NCBI RefSeq assembly: GCF_036321535.1
Contig: NC_087436.1
Span: 94,676,001-94,740,000, forward strand
Source: Camelus dromedarius
Taxonomy: Eukaryota
Length of the DNA: 64,000 nucleotides
Reading direction: 5' to 3'
The notes beneath the pieces were generated by a model. It worked only from the letters and a program-made list of their open reading frames with translations. It ran no database searches and had not been told where the DNA came from. The position numbers were made by a program, and so were the translations under genes. This document shows, piece after piece, positions 28,115 through 40,917 of this stretch (its first letter is position 1; every line of letters begins with the position of its first letter).

Positions 28115-30108
28115 TTCCAGTTATTATGAGTGTATAACAGATTACCCCAAAACTTAATGGCATAATAGCCTTTTAATTAAGTTGACAAATTATGTGACTG
28201 GAGTTCATATAAAGCACAGTGGAGATGGCTTGTCTGCTGTGTAATGTCTGGATTCTTAGCTGCAAGATTCAGAGGCTGGAAGCAGGAAGCATCTGGAGGC
28301 TTGCTCACTCACTGTTTGATGCTATCTAGTGGCTGAAACCGTACCTAGTACTGTCAGCAGAATTCTACATATGGCTCTTCATACGGCTGCTTGGCTCCCT
28401 CTCAGTGCAGTGGCTTGGTTCCAGGGGGAAAGCATCCATCCTAAGAGAGGAAGAGGGAGGGAGAGAACCAGGCAGCAGCTGGATACTTTTGGTGACCTCG
28501 CTTAAGAAATCACATACACACATCTAAGCTATACTTTTGGCTGAAGCCTGCTCAGCTTCAAGAGGAGGGGGCATAGATTCCACTTCTTTTTTAAAATTGA
28601 GGCATAATTGACAAATAACATTAGTTTCAGGTGTACAACGTGTATATATTGGGAAATGATCACCACAGTAAGTCTAAGTAACACTCGTCACTATACACAG
28701 TTTTTTTTCTTGTGATAAGAACTTCTAAGATTTACTCTTTCAGCAACTTTCAAATATGCAATATAGTATTGTTAACTATCATCACCATACTGTATACTGT
28801 ATATATAATGTGTACTGTACATTATATCCCCACGACTTATTTTATAACTGAAAGTTTGTACATTTTGATCCCCTTCACCCATTTCATTCACCAGCAGTCC
28901 ACCACCTCTGGCAACCACCAGTTTCTTCTCTGTATCTTCGAGCTTGATCTTTTGTTGTTGTTTTAAATTCCACATATAAATGAGATCATACAGTATTTTT
29001 CTTTTCTCTGTTTGACTTATTTCACTTAGCATAATTCCCTGAAGGTCCATCCATGTTGTAGCATAAGGCAAGATTTTGTTCGTTCTTAAGGCCGAATAAT
29101 AATTCCATTGTATGTGTACATACCACATCTTCATCTGTTCATTCCTCAACGGACGTTTAGGTTGTTTCCATATCTTGGCTATTGAAAATAATGCTGCAGT
29201 GAACATGGAAATGCATGTATCTTTTCAAATTAGTGTTTCTGTTTTCAGGTAAATACCCAGAAGTGGAATTGCTGGATCATATAGCAGCTCTATTTTTAAT
29301 TTTTTTAAGGAATCTCTATATTGTCTGTCATAGTGACTGCACCAATGTACATTTCTACCAACTGCACAAAGTTTCCCTTTTCTTCACATCCTCGCCAATA
29401 CTTGTTATTTCTTGTCTTTTTGACAGTAGTCATTCTAACAGATGTGAGGTGATACCTCATTGTGGTTTTGATTTGCATTTCCCTAATGATTAGTGATGTT
29501 GAGCATCTCTTCATGTACCTGTAGGCCATCTGTATGGCTCTTTTGGAAGAGTGTCTCTTGAGATCTTCTGCTCATTTCTTAATCAGATTGTTTGGGGTTT
29601 TTCTGGTTATTGAATTGTATGAACCCTTTATATATTTTGGATATTAACCCCTTATCTGATACGTGAGTCGCAAGTATCTTCTCCCATTCAGTTAAGTTAC
29701 CTTTTCTTTGCTATGCAGAAGCTTTTTAGTTTGATGTAGTCTCACTTATTTATTTATTTATTTATTTATAATTTTTTATTGATTTATAATCATTTTACTC
29801 ACTTACTTATTTTTGCTTCTGTTACCTATGCTTTTGGAGTCAGATTGAAAAACTCATCACCATGATTAATGCCAGGAAGCTTACTTACCACCTGTGTAAT
29901 TTTTTTAGGAATTTTATGGTTTCAGGTCATATATTCAAGTCTTTAATCTATTTTGAGTTAATTTTCATTAATTAATTTTAATTTAAATTAATTTTAAACT
30001 ATTTGAGTTAAGAGACTCCACCTCTTGATGGGGGTTGGCAAGATTCTGGAAGAGCATGTATGGTTAGAAATACTGCTGTGGCCATTTTTAGAAAATACAG
30101 TCCACCAC
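28115..30108 (-). mobile_element. MaLR LTR (MLT1F/G/H-like) split by an L1
   Basis: MLT-like halves at 28115-28588 and 30011-30108, joined at the duplicated a(t/g)aga(t/c)tccac(t/c)tctt. Confidence 0.75.
28589..30010 (-). mobile_element. 5'-truncated L1 (ORF2 end + 3'UTR)
   Basis: ORFs 28772-29206 and 29305-29529 are decayed ORF2p; 16-bp TSD with 3 mismatches at 28573 and 30011. Confidence 0.93.
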
Positions 30109-30211
30109 ATTTATCTTTCTAGAAATTTGTTTTACACAGAACTGGATCATCTTTTATATATATTTCTGAAACTTGTTTTTTTTTTTCACTTCACGTATCT
30201 TTTCATATTAG

Positions 30212-30549
30212 CAACTTTCTTACTTCAGTTTTCTAAAACAGAATACTGTAGACTGGATGGCTTATAAACAACAGAAATTTTTTTTCTCACAGTTCTGGAG
30301 TTTGGAAGCCCAACATCAGGGTGCCAGCATGGCTGGATTCTGGTGAGAGCCTTCTTCCAGGTTGTGGATCTTGTATCCTTACATGGTGGAGAGAGGGCAA
30401 GAGAGCACTCTGGGATCTCTTTTATAAGACTTTAATCTCACTCGTGAGGGCTCTACCCTCATGACCTAATCACCCCTGAAAGGCACCTCCTAATACCATA
30501 AAACTGGGGGTTAGAATTTCATAAATTAAATATTCAATTCCTAACAGCA
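30212..30549 (-). mobile_element. MaLR LTR (MLT1A-like)
   Basis: gactggatggcttataaacaacagaaatt...ctcacagttctggag; ctcatgacctaatcacc. Confidence 0.8.
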
Positions 30550-31777
30550 AATCAAAGTCAGCCTCATTTTTACCAGTGTCATGGTATTGGAATATTGTCT
30601 TTTCTTTTAATAGCACATGTAGTATGTGAATATCTAAATTATGGACACTTGAGATAATGTAGAAATACAGACCAAAATGTCAGTCTTTCTTCCATTGCCC
30701 CCTACTCACCCATCCCATGCATGTCTATTATTGCTCACTTGGCCCAGGGTTACGTTGGGTTTGTGGACAGTAATGTATCTATATCTGTATCTTTATGTAT
30801 AATCAAAATAGACTGTACCATAGGGGTACAGTATATAAAAGTTCTGTTGTTGTCTAATCAGTGGTCACAAATTACGTGATGATTTTTGGTTCAATGTATT
30901 AAACTCAAATTCAGAAGGTATTTTTATATGATTGGGGAGAGTGTATGCATATCATTTGGGCAAAGTAGCCCAACCTATTAGTGTTAGATGTTCAAAAAGT
31001 ATTTTCAGAATTCTCAGCCTATGCCTTAAATGTGCATAGATTATTGTGGTCTTTCCAAGTTACTTTTGTTAATGTTGTAAGAAAATATGTAGAGATGCTA
31101 CTTAGTCATTAAGACTAAATGTGATCAGATATATTAGGTTCTAGCTGTCTCCCAGTTGAAACACTGGACTTTCCACACAGGAAAACTTGATTTGAATATG
31201 CTATCTTCGTATTTTGTCATTTCTTTAAAATTCCTCTCCTCATAATTTGGCATTGTATAGCAAAACTTAGAGTGTACATACCTTCATTCTAGCAACTTTT
31301 CTTACCCTAAAGAGATTAATCAAATGTGTAAGAATATACTTATAAGAAGATTCACTACAACTTGTTTTTCATATACAAAATTAAAGATGATGCAATTAAG
31401 TGAAATTCTGTGCAGCATTAAAAATTAGGTAGAGATAGGTTTTGGCAGTCTAAGGTTATTTCAGGCCAACCTTATGACCGTGAGCTTGTGTGTGGTGTGG
31501 TCAGAGAGGACATTGACCAACTGTTTACCGTTGATTTTAAAAGTACTTTTTTGTTGTTGGTTTTGTTATAGTTTGAAACTCTGCCTGAGAAAGTAACAGA
31601 GACAGAATTTGAACCCAGGTACCTCTGACTCTAGAGCTTCTCCTTTTAACCACTGTTCTGTACCACACTATTTACCAGTCCACAGGTAGATCCATGAGAA
31701 AGAAAGCACCTCCAATATACATGTGGTTCTTGAGCATCAGACATAGAAAAATAGCAAATAAGTTCTTGTCTAGGTAC

Positions 31778-32154
31778 TGTCTTAGTTAGCTCAGGCTGCT
31801 ACAGCAAAACACCACAGACTGGGTGGCTTCAACAGCAAATACTGATTTCTCACAGTTCTGGAGGCACTGGGAAGTCCAAGATCAAGGTGCTGCCAGATTT
31901 GGTGTCTGGTGATTTGACTCTTTTCATGGTTTGCAGACATCCACCTTCTTGCTGTATCCTGACAAGGCACAGAGAGAACAAGAGCTCTGGTCTCTCCCTC
32001 TTACAAGGGCACTAATTTCATCATGGTGGCTTTACTCTCATGACGTCATCTAAACATAATCACCTCCCAAAGACCCCACCTCCATATTACATCACATTGG
32101 GGGTTAGGGCTCTAAAATACAAATATGGGGGAAGGGGCACAAACACCCATAGCA
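31778..32154 (-). mobile_element. Complete MaLR solo LTR (MLT1A-like)
   Basis: TG...CA termini, perfect 5-bp TSD ggtac at 31773-31777 and 32155-32159. Confidence 0.9.
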
Positions 32155-34414
32155 GGTACATTTTGGTAAGTCCAAAGAGAGACTTTCTGTTTTTTTGCAA
32201 TTTTTTTGAAAGAATTTCTCCAAGGTAATATGCCTTGTAGAAGTTCATTTACCTGTTTTTTGTCATTAGAATCTTCTCTTTGATCTATGTTTTCTCCATG
32301 AGTCTTTGACAGCCAAGGTTCTATATTAGGCTTCCTGGATATCCTAAGAGATTATTTTAGGTTCTACAATTTTGCCTAACATGGAATCTCCATGCCAAGA
32401 CTCTTATGTTCTTTTAACCTCTGTTTTCTGCCTTTTTCTCCAATGAAGAAAAACATTTATTCTACTCATACTATGTTGTCTGTGTGATATTAATGCTAAC
32501 TCATCTAAAAAACTTTCCATAACCATCCTGATGAGGTGGGGAAATCCGAATCTATTTTTAATTCTTCCCTGGGATGCTGGGGTCAGTGTTTAACATGAAA
32601 GTTTACCTGGACAGCAACTATTGGATATAGGTAGTCCACATGTGGTTCCCCCCACCCCACTGTAATACAGAGCATATTTGAAGTTTATAGATTCTGCCAT
32701 GCCTGTGTCCTTCACATATTATTCTTCGTTTTCTTTTAATTGTTTGTTTTCACGAATGGTTTCCTTTTAAAGTAGCCAAAATCAGCATCAGTAATTCCCA
32801 CTGTATTCTCCAAATAAGTCAAGAGAAAACTGAGGTGCATGGCTTGAGTAAGGCCTTTACTGTTTCCTGCTCAAAGTTATAATTTGGCCTCCTACTCTGA
32901 CTTCTCTTACCCAGGAAAAATCACTTATGTACCAATACTGTTACTACATTAAACTGACATAATTTGTATATTTACCAGTTGTATGTGGATTAATTAACTT
33001 TCTAGAAACTTGAATAGCAGGACAAATTGTACATTACTGTTGTTTTTTTTTTACCATAGTCCCAAAGGGAAAAGATATCTTTCTTAGTGCTGAAGGAAGA
33101 CATTGGCTGTGTTAATCTTAAAGACTGTTAGGTAACTGTATCTATGGTTATTTTCACTTTACTCTGAATTTGCTTCAGTTCAGTTATATCAACTCACTGG
33201 AGTATTTTGTAACCACTCAGAATTGTGGTTGGTGACACAGTGTTTTATGCTAATGATATGTTAACTAAAATTATGATACAAAATTATACATTATAGAGAA
33301 AAATTGTGATTAAAAATTTAGACTTCAGGGTTAGTATTGGATATGTTAGCTAACCTCCCCCAAACTCAAGTTTCTTTATCCATAAAGTAAGGAATAATAG
33401 CACCTGCCTCCTGCCAGTGGATGTAAGGATTAAATAAGTTAAAGTTATTAGTGTAGTACCTACCACATACAAGTTCCCAATAAACATTTGTTATTATAAT
33501 TGTAATTATTTGAAAATGTGCACATTTTAAGACTAGAAAACATAATAATGATAATTGTATTATGCCAGAGAATTAATCCACATTAATTTCTAAGTATTCT
33601 GTAATGTTATTTGTATTATAATGTAACATAAATTAAAATAAAAATTAATATAAATTTTACTATATCATTAAAATATCTCTCTATTTAAATGTATTTCTGA
33701 TAAGATAGAAAGTGTTCCTGTTACACATTGATGAAACAATAGGTGTCTGCTATATGTCTTAGACTTGGAGGCAGTCAGACTAATGACAGTAACAGCAAAC
33801 TGTACTGGTTTGAGCATATACAGAGAGCATTTGGTTCTGAGGTTGACTGAATACAGCGGCTAAGTAATGTGGCTTCTGTGCCCCAGCCACAGTGGCTTTG
33901 TGGTTCCTCAACATCAGTTCATAGCCACCTTTCATCTAGGGGCCTTTCCTAGTTGTTTACTCTGCCTGGAATGCCCGGCACGCTCAACCTCCAGATCTTT
34001 ACTGTTACTATCATGTAGATAGTCCCTTAAGTGTTAACAGCCTCTGTCAGCCTAATTTAAAGCGGCTACTGGACTGCCACTGTATGCCATCCTGTTTTGG
34101 TTCTCTGCATGGCTCTCTTGACATTTTTATATTTGTTAATTGCCTGATTTCCCCCACAAGACTATATATGATCCATAAGAGTAGAGAATTGGTCTTTTTT
34201 ACACCTTATCCTCAGTTCCTGGAACTATATTTGGCACATAGTAGGCATTTAGTAAATATTTTGAATAAATAAGTGAATGATTGTTACATTGTAACTAGAC
34301 ATAATTAATGAGCATCTCACATTTCTAAATGAACATTTTTATATAGCTACATAGAAATACTTGTTTTTTCTCTTATTTCTTGAGTATGTCCTCGGTATCT
34401 TTAACTGGTATCCT

Positions 34415-34610
34415 TATCAGTAGTGTTGAGTGGTTTTAGGGCTAGACAGTAAATATTTTAAACTTAGAGTCTCTATGACAGCTACTAAACTCAGCTGTTG
34501 TAGTGAAAGCAGCAATAGATGATAAGTAAATAAGTGGGTGTGGCTATGTTTCAGTAAAACTTTATAAAAATAGGCCTCTAGCCTGCAGGTTGTAGTTTGG
34601 TGGCCCTTAC
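34415..34610. mobile_element. hAT-Charlie MITE (MER58A-like)
   Basis: agacagtaaatattttaaactt...gggtgtggctatgtttcagtaaaacttta...tgtagtttg resembles MER58A. Confidence 0.75.
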
Positions 34611-35467
34611 TATATAGTCCACAAATCCACTACAAAGGTACGGGGTGAAACCCAGACCTGCAGAGTCACAGGGAAGAGAAAACAGAACCCAGTGAGCATC
34701 TTATCTGGTTGACCCACACTGGAAAAGCATGAGGTTGATGGTGGCATGAGGAAGAAGCCTAGAGCTGCTGATATGGCCCTGTATGGAAGTAGATTTGTGA
34801 GAAAATGGATCTATGAAGATTTAGAGGCTTTCCACATGGAAAGCATGTTATTTGTTAGGTATGTTGAGCTACAAATAGCCAGAAAGTCAGACCCTAAGAA
34901 AAGGGCAGCACTTTCAGTAGAGCTATAGCCAAAATCCAGGGCTGGTATTTGAGTTACATAATGTACGATGAACTGATAATTCATTGATCATTTCAATTAT
35001 AGCTGTAGGTTTTGGGATGTGCTATGTCATTGCTAAAGATTAAACCCAGGAAAGTTACTTTTACTCCTTATTTGATATCTTAAGTAATTAGGTAGTTCTT
35101 ATTCAATCCAAGAACCTTTTTACTTAATCTCTTCTTGTTTTATATTCTCTACATTGCTACTTAGAGGTGGAGGAGTAATGTGAAAAGATATATATGCATA
35201 TAAAAATGTAAGGACATTTCTGGAGAGATACACAAAAAATCTGAGTACTGTGGTGGCTGAAGGACAGGAGAGAGTGACATATTTACCTTGCATACAGTGT
35301 ACTTTTGAATTTTGTACTATGTACACATATTACTTATCAGGGGAGAATTAATAAATTAATAAAACCTAAACAAAATATATGCACATTAGGAGGTTCATTA
35401 GGTCCGATTTGTGACCCAAGGTCTCGTAGCCTTTTTTTTTCTATTTCTTTAGAATGTATAATTTTTA

Positions 35468-36098
35468 ACAGTATTATTAACTATAGTCACCATGCTGTCC
35501 ATTACATTCCCATAACTTATTCATTTTATAACTGGAAATTTGTACCTTTTAACTCCCTTCACCCATTTCACCCACCCTTCTTCCCCTGCCCCAGGCAACC
35601 ACCAGTCTGTTCTCTATAATCATGAGTTTTTTGTCTTTAGATTCCACATATAAATAGAAGCATATGGTATTTATCTTTTTCTGTCTGACTTACTTCATTT
35701 AGCATAATTTCCTCAAGGTCCATCCATGTTGTCACAAATGGCAAGAGTTCATTCTTTTTTATGGCTAAACAGTACTCGTGTGTGTGTGTTCTTTTTCTTT
35801 ATCCATTCTTCAGTGGACACTTAGGTTATTTCCAAGTCTTGGCTGTTGTAAATGCTGCACAAAACATGAGTTTGCTTGTATCTTTTTGATTTAGTGGTTT
35901 TGTTTTCTTTAGGTTAATACTCAGGGGTGGAATTGCTGGATCAAATCGTAGTTCTATTTTTAATTTTTTGAGGAACCTCCATACTGTTTTCCATAGTGGC
36001 TACAACCAATTTACATTCCCACCAATAGTGCACAGGGGTTCCCTTTTCTCCACATCCTCACCAACACTTGTTATTTATTGTCTTTTTGATAATAGCCA
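35468..36098 (-). mobile_element. L1 fragment lacking its extreme 3' end
   Basis: L1 3'UTR/ORF2 end; 18-bp TSD (2 mismatches) at 35450-35467 and 36099-36116. Confidence 0.88.
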
Positions 36099-36617
36099 TA
36101 GAATATACAATTTTTAAAGAGTTTTTAGACTGATTCTTTTCATATTTAGAAAAGGTTAAGATAGCCAGCATATTTTAATTAGGATCTAATCTAATTCACA
36201 AGCTTCCAAAATTAAAGTTTTTCCATTCTAATTCAAATAGAACTACTTCTAGTGGTATATACCAAAGCAAGCCTGATCATCACAGGGAACAAAATGTATA
36301 AAATGATTTGTTCTGTTGTTAATTCCAGTAATTGTTTTAGATGAGATCATAATTTGTATGACACAGTAATAATAGTAGCTAATGTTTCTTCTTTCTTGTA
36401 TTGTTACTACATTTCACATGCGTTAAGTATTTTAATTCTCACTAGTACTCAGATAAAGATAGTATTATCCTTGTTTACCAGAAACTAAAGCTTAGAAGTG
36501 TTAAAGAACTTGCCCAGGGTCTCTTTTTCTCTCTCTTTTTTTTTTTTTTTAACTTATGGAAGTACAGTTGATTTACAGTGTTTTAGGTGTAGAGCAAAGT
36601 GATTCAGTTATACACAC

Positions 36618-36623
<6 letters not shown>

Positions 36624-36671
<48 letters not shown>
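36624..36671. repeat. (AT)~24 microsatellite
   Basis: Direct read; lies inside the L1 3'UTR. Confidence 0.95.
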
Positions 36672-36673
<2 letters not shown>

Positions 36674-37019
36674 TTTCCCATTATAGGTTATTACAGGATA
36701 TTGAAAATAATTCCCTGTGTTATGCAGTAGGTCCTTGTTGTTTATTTTATATGTAGTAGTATCTATTAATCTCAAATTCCTAATTTATCCTCCCCTTTCC
36801 CCTTTGTTAACTGTAAGTTTGTTTTGTTTCTTTGGTAACTAAGTATGTTGGTGAGTCTGTTTCTGTTTTGTAAACAAGTTCATTTGTATCGTCTTTTAAG
36901 ATTCCACATGTAAGTGACATCATATGTTATTTACTTCACTTAGTATGATAATCTCTAGACCCATCTTGTTGCTGCAGATGGCATTATTTCATTCTTTTTT
37001 TATAGCTGTGTAATATTTC

Positions 37020-37052
37020 TGTGTGTGTGTGTCTGTGTGTGTGTGTGTGTGT
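37020..37052. repeat. Interrupted (TG)n microsatellite
   Basis: Direct read. Confidence 0.9.
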
Positions 37053-37832
37053 ATATACACCACATCATTTTTATCCATTCATCTGTCAGTGAACATTTAA
37101 GTTGCTTCTGTGGGCTGTTGTAAATCATGCTGCTGTGAACATTGGGGGCATGTATCTTTTTGAATTAGTTTTATCTTTTCCAAATAGATGCCCAGAAATG
37201 GGATTGCTGGATCATATGGTAACTCTAGTTTTAGTTTTTTAAGGAACCTCCATACCATCCTCTATAGTGGCTGCACCAATTTATATTCCCACCAGCAGTG
37301 TAGGAAGGTTCCCTTTTCTCCACACCCTCGCCAACATTTATTATTTATGAACTTTTTGATGACCATTCTGATTTTGATTCTGTCCTTTGGTGTGAGGGTG
37401 ATAACTCATTATAGTTCTGATTTGCATTTCTCTTATAATTGGTGATGTTGAGCATCTTTTCATGTGCCTGTTGGCAATCTGTATGTCTTCTTTGGAGAAA
37501 TGTCTGTTTAGGTCTTCTGCCCATTTTTTGATTGGATTGTTTGTTTTTTTTGACATTGAGCTGTATGAGCTGTTGGTTAGATCTGTCTCAGGTGATTTTT
37601 TTAAAATTCCTGTTTAAAATGGATGAATTGCACTAGATTCCAGTATATTTGAATATTATTTTGAGGAGAAAAGAATGCCCTTAAATTGAACAGCTCCTTT
37701 GTGTATTCTGTGTTTTCATCTGATTTTGACAGTATGGCATTCATTAAAAAACAAAACGTGATCTTTCTAGTAAATAGTATCCACTTTTGGTTAAGTCCAA
37801 TGGCTAACTTTCCTTTTTTTTATTCGTTGTAG

Positions 37833-37881
37833 TTGAGGCAGTCCCAGTCCTACTGCACAGACACAGAATGTCTTCAGGAAT
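37833..37881 (+). CDS. SMIM14: SMIM14 coding exon 2 (LRQSQSYCTDTECLQE+1 nt)
   Basis: Branch-like ctaac at 37804-37808, T-rich tract, AG at 37831-37832, donor gtaagt at 37882; in frame with the previous exon (phase 0 in, phase 1 out). Confidence 0.97.
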
Positions 37882-39759
37882 GTAAGTAATGATGGGACAG
37901 ATGGAGACTTGACATTGGGGGAAGAGTTAGAGACCAGAATATGACTGAATATTTGCCAGAAATTATTCTTACTAATAATTCTTAAATAATTAGTTTTCCC
38001 TTTAAGGAAATGGTTCTCAGTAATGTATTTCCTGTTTAAATATTTAATCGTTAACTTAAAAAATTGTGGGTTTTTTTGGTCCTGCCTCAAAAATAAAACC
38101 CATTCATTGAATAAAATTATAAATTCACAGATTAAAAAAAGAAAAGGAAAAACTTCCAGAATACTAAAAGATGACCACAGTTGTTGACAACTTGATGTAA
38201 ACCCTTCTAGACCTTTTTGGAGGCAAGTATATGTGGAACAGGGCACTTTTGGCTGGTTGAACTGAACATCGAGGCTACTAGCTCAAACCCCTCATGCTTT
38301 CCCTAGCATCTATTTGCATCCATTGGCAGCTCTGAAAACTTGTGAGCAAAGGAAGGAGGCCATTTTTCCCCAAAGTTTGGAAGCTTTGGGAGGGAGACAT
38401 TAGAGTCATTCCTTCGGCTCTGACATTAGCATTCTCAGGAGGGCATGGGCAGTAAGGAGGTTTCTCCACCTGGCTTTATGGGCAATGGTGATGGTGACGT
38501 GAGAATCAGAGAAGGAAGATGGATCCCACATGGTGAATGTAGCTGACAGACTTGGAGGCCATTATATGAGGCATCCTTTTTCAGGACAGAAATAACACGA
38601 GGGGTACCTCGAGGGGAAATAATAGCCAATCCAGTCTTGTACCATAATAATTTGACTGTAATAATGGAAGTATGACATTCACAGGATGGTGAAGCCTGGC
38701 ACAACTAGGTTTCATATATACTTTATAAAGTGAGATCACTTTGTATGTGTTCTTTTTCACTACCTTATTGTGAATATATCAACATATATTAACCTTAAAA
38801 ATATTTACCAACTGAATACTAATTCATTATGGCAATGCATAATGTTTAAATAATTCCCTTTTGTTGGAATCTTAGGTTGCTGATATTTTTTCTGTTATGA
38901 AAAATAATTGAAAAAACATCCTTTTGCACATTTTAAGGCTTTTGACATATTTCCAAATTGCACTTATTAATAGGCTAGTTATTTATAGTTCACATCTCTA
39001 ACGCTAGGTGCCACTTAATTATGTGTACAAAACTAAAACACAGTTAAGTGTCTTTAAACAGGGGCTTGTTATTGCATTATTAATTACTGTTATTACTATG
39101 TGAACTGGACATCCCATCAAATTCTGTAAATATAACACCTTAGAGAAATAGGAGCTAGTACAGGGCCTGACCCAAAGTAGAAATTTTGTCACAATGTAGT
39201 CCATTGGTGCAACAAGGTAATAATTATATGCCTCTGGACAAGAAAGTAATATGCAGACTTTGCGTTAGTTTTTGGGGGTGGTGGATGGTGGTTCCCCCAT
39301 TCCACATTTTTTATGTTGCCTCTTCAGTGGTGGTCATTCATCTATAGTGTGCCCTCTAATAAGCAGCTCAAATTTTGGCTTCAGCAGTAAAGCTAAAACC
39401 TGTTTTTCTAGTTGAAAATAATCTTACTGAAATCCTTATGGGAAAACAAGTGTTTGTTGTATTTGTGGTATTTGTGACCCATGAGCCAGCCCCACTTGTA
39501 AGCCAAATATACACTTATTTCTGTGAGTGGAATTTTACTTCTTCACCTCAATATAAAGGCAAAACTCTAGAGCTTGAATATTAATTTAGTTATATTGGTC
39601 ATTTTTTTCCCCCAGTTTTTTAACATTTGGTGGAAATCCTTTTGACAGCTATGCCTTTAAGTAGTTTAAGAAATTGTTTCCTCTGAGTGATAGAATTACT
39701 TTTCTGTTTATTCTAAATTTTCACGAATGAGCTTATGCTGTTTCATAAATATATATATA

Positions 39760-40373
39760 AATTAGGGGTCCCCACAACCGCCTCCTCTCTTCAATAATTT
39801 GCAAGACTAACTTACAGAACTCAGGAAAACGTTTTACTTGCTATTACTGGCTTATTATAAAGGATGCAACTCAGGAACAGCCAAATGGAAGAGTAAGACA
39901 AGGTATGAGGGGAGCAGGTGCAGAGCTTCTCTGTCATCTCTGGGTGCACCACCCTCCCAGCTCCTCCATGTGTTCACCAACCAGGAAGGTCTGTGAACCC
40001 TGTTGTTCAGGGTTTTTATGGAGGCTCCATTCCATACCATGAATGAGTAAATCATTGGCATAGGTGAATAACTCGATCTTCAGCCCCTCCTCTATCCCTG
40101 GAGGTTGAGGAGTGGAGCTGAACTTTCCAACCCTCAAATCACTTGGTCAGGCTCTGGAGACTGGCAACCAGTCTCCATCCTGAATGGGGCCCACTAAGAG
40201 TCACCTCATTAGCATAAACTTAAGTATGGTTGAAAGGGATTTACTGTGAGTAACAAAAAATTTTACATTCCTCTCATCCTTATCACTAGGAGATTCCAAG
40301 GGTTCTAGGAGTTACATGTCAGGAACCCGAATGAAGACCAAATATATATTTCTTATTATATTACAGTATCACA
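39760..40373 (-). mobile_element. MER21-like LTR
   Basis: ggggtcccca...ataaaggatgcaactcaggaacagccaaatggaagag...ttattatattacagtatcaca matches recalled MER21. Confidence 0.82.
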
Positions 40374-40775
40374 GTACATTGTGCCTGTCATGGTGTGCTG
40401 CATGTATTTGAGATGATTTAATAGAATATGGAGCTCACTACTTCATGTGGTAGCAGAATCTAGCTGCAGTCTGGTAGCAGATCTGGTTACTGCATAATTC
40501 TTTATCTTGAGCTGCATTCTACTTTATTGCTGTATTCACCCACAGTTTTGTTCTCTAGAGCCACGTAGAAGAAGTCTGTCACTCTTCTGAAACACTGTCT
40601 TTCAGATAAAGAGTTGTATGGAAACCTGCTCCATTGCTAATATAATTTTGGAGTAAAACAAAGATGGATAGATGTACTTAGGATATTGTTTTGTTTTTCA
40701 TCAAAGTATACAAATTTATTAACAAAGTCAAGTTCTTTGGACAGACTGTGTTAGCATACTTAGTTCATTGTGAGA

Positions 40776-40917
40776 ATTTTTTTGTTTTTTTCTTTTAAAT
40801 AGTTTTATTTTTTATTTTTTAACTTTTTTTAATTGAGTTACAGTCATTTTACAATGTTGTGTCAAATTCCAGTGTAGAGCACAATTTTTCAGTTATACAT
40901 GAACATACGTATATTCA
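40776..40917 (-). mobile_element. Short young L1 3' terminus
   Basis: Closely similar to 2230-2320; long T-rich tail; no clear TSD. Confidence 0.85.

Larger units (their letters stand above)
36520..37575 (-). mobile_element. 5'-truncated L1
   Basis: ORF 37341-37556 ([31 protein letters not shown]) is ORF2p; poly-T at the left end. Confidence 0.93.

Noticed and set aside
37791..38246. 151-aa minus-strand ORF antisense to a SMIM14 exon
   Set aside because: Non-ATG start, low-complexity AT-derived composition, no recognisable homology.
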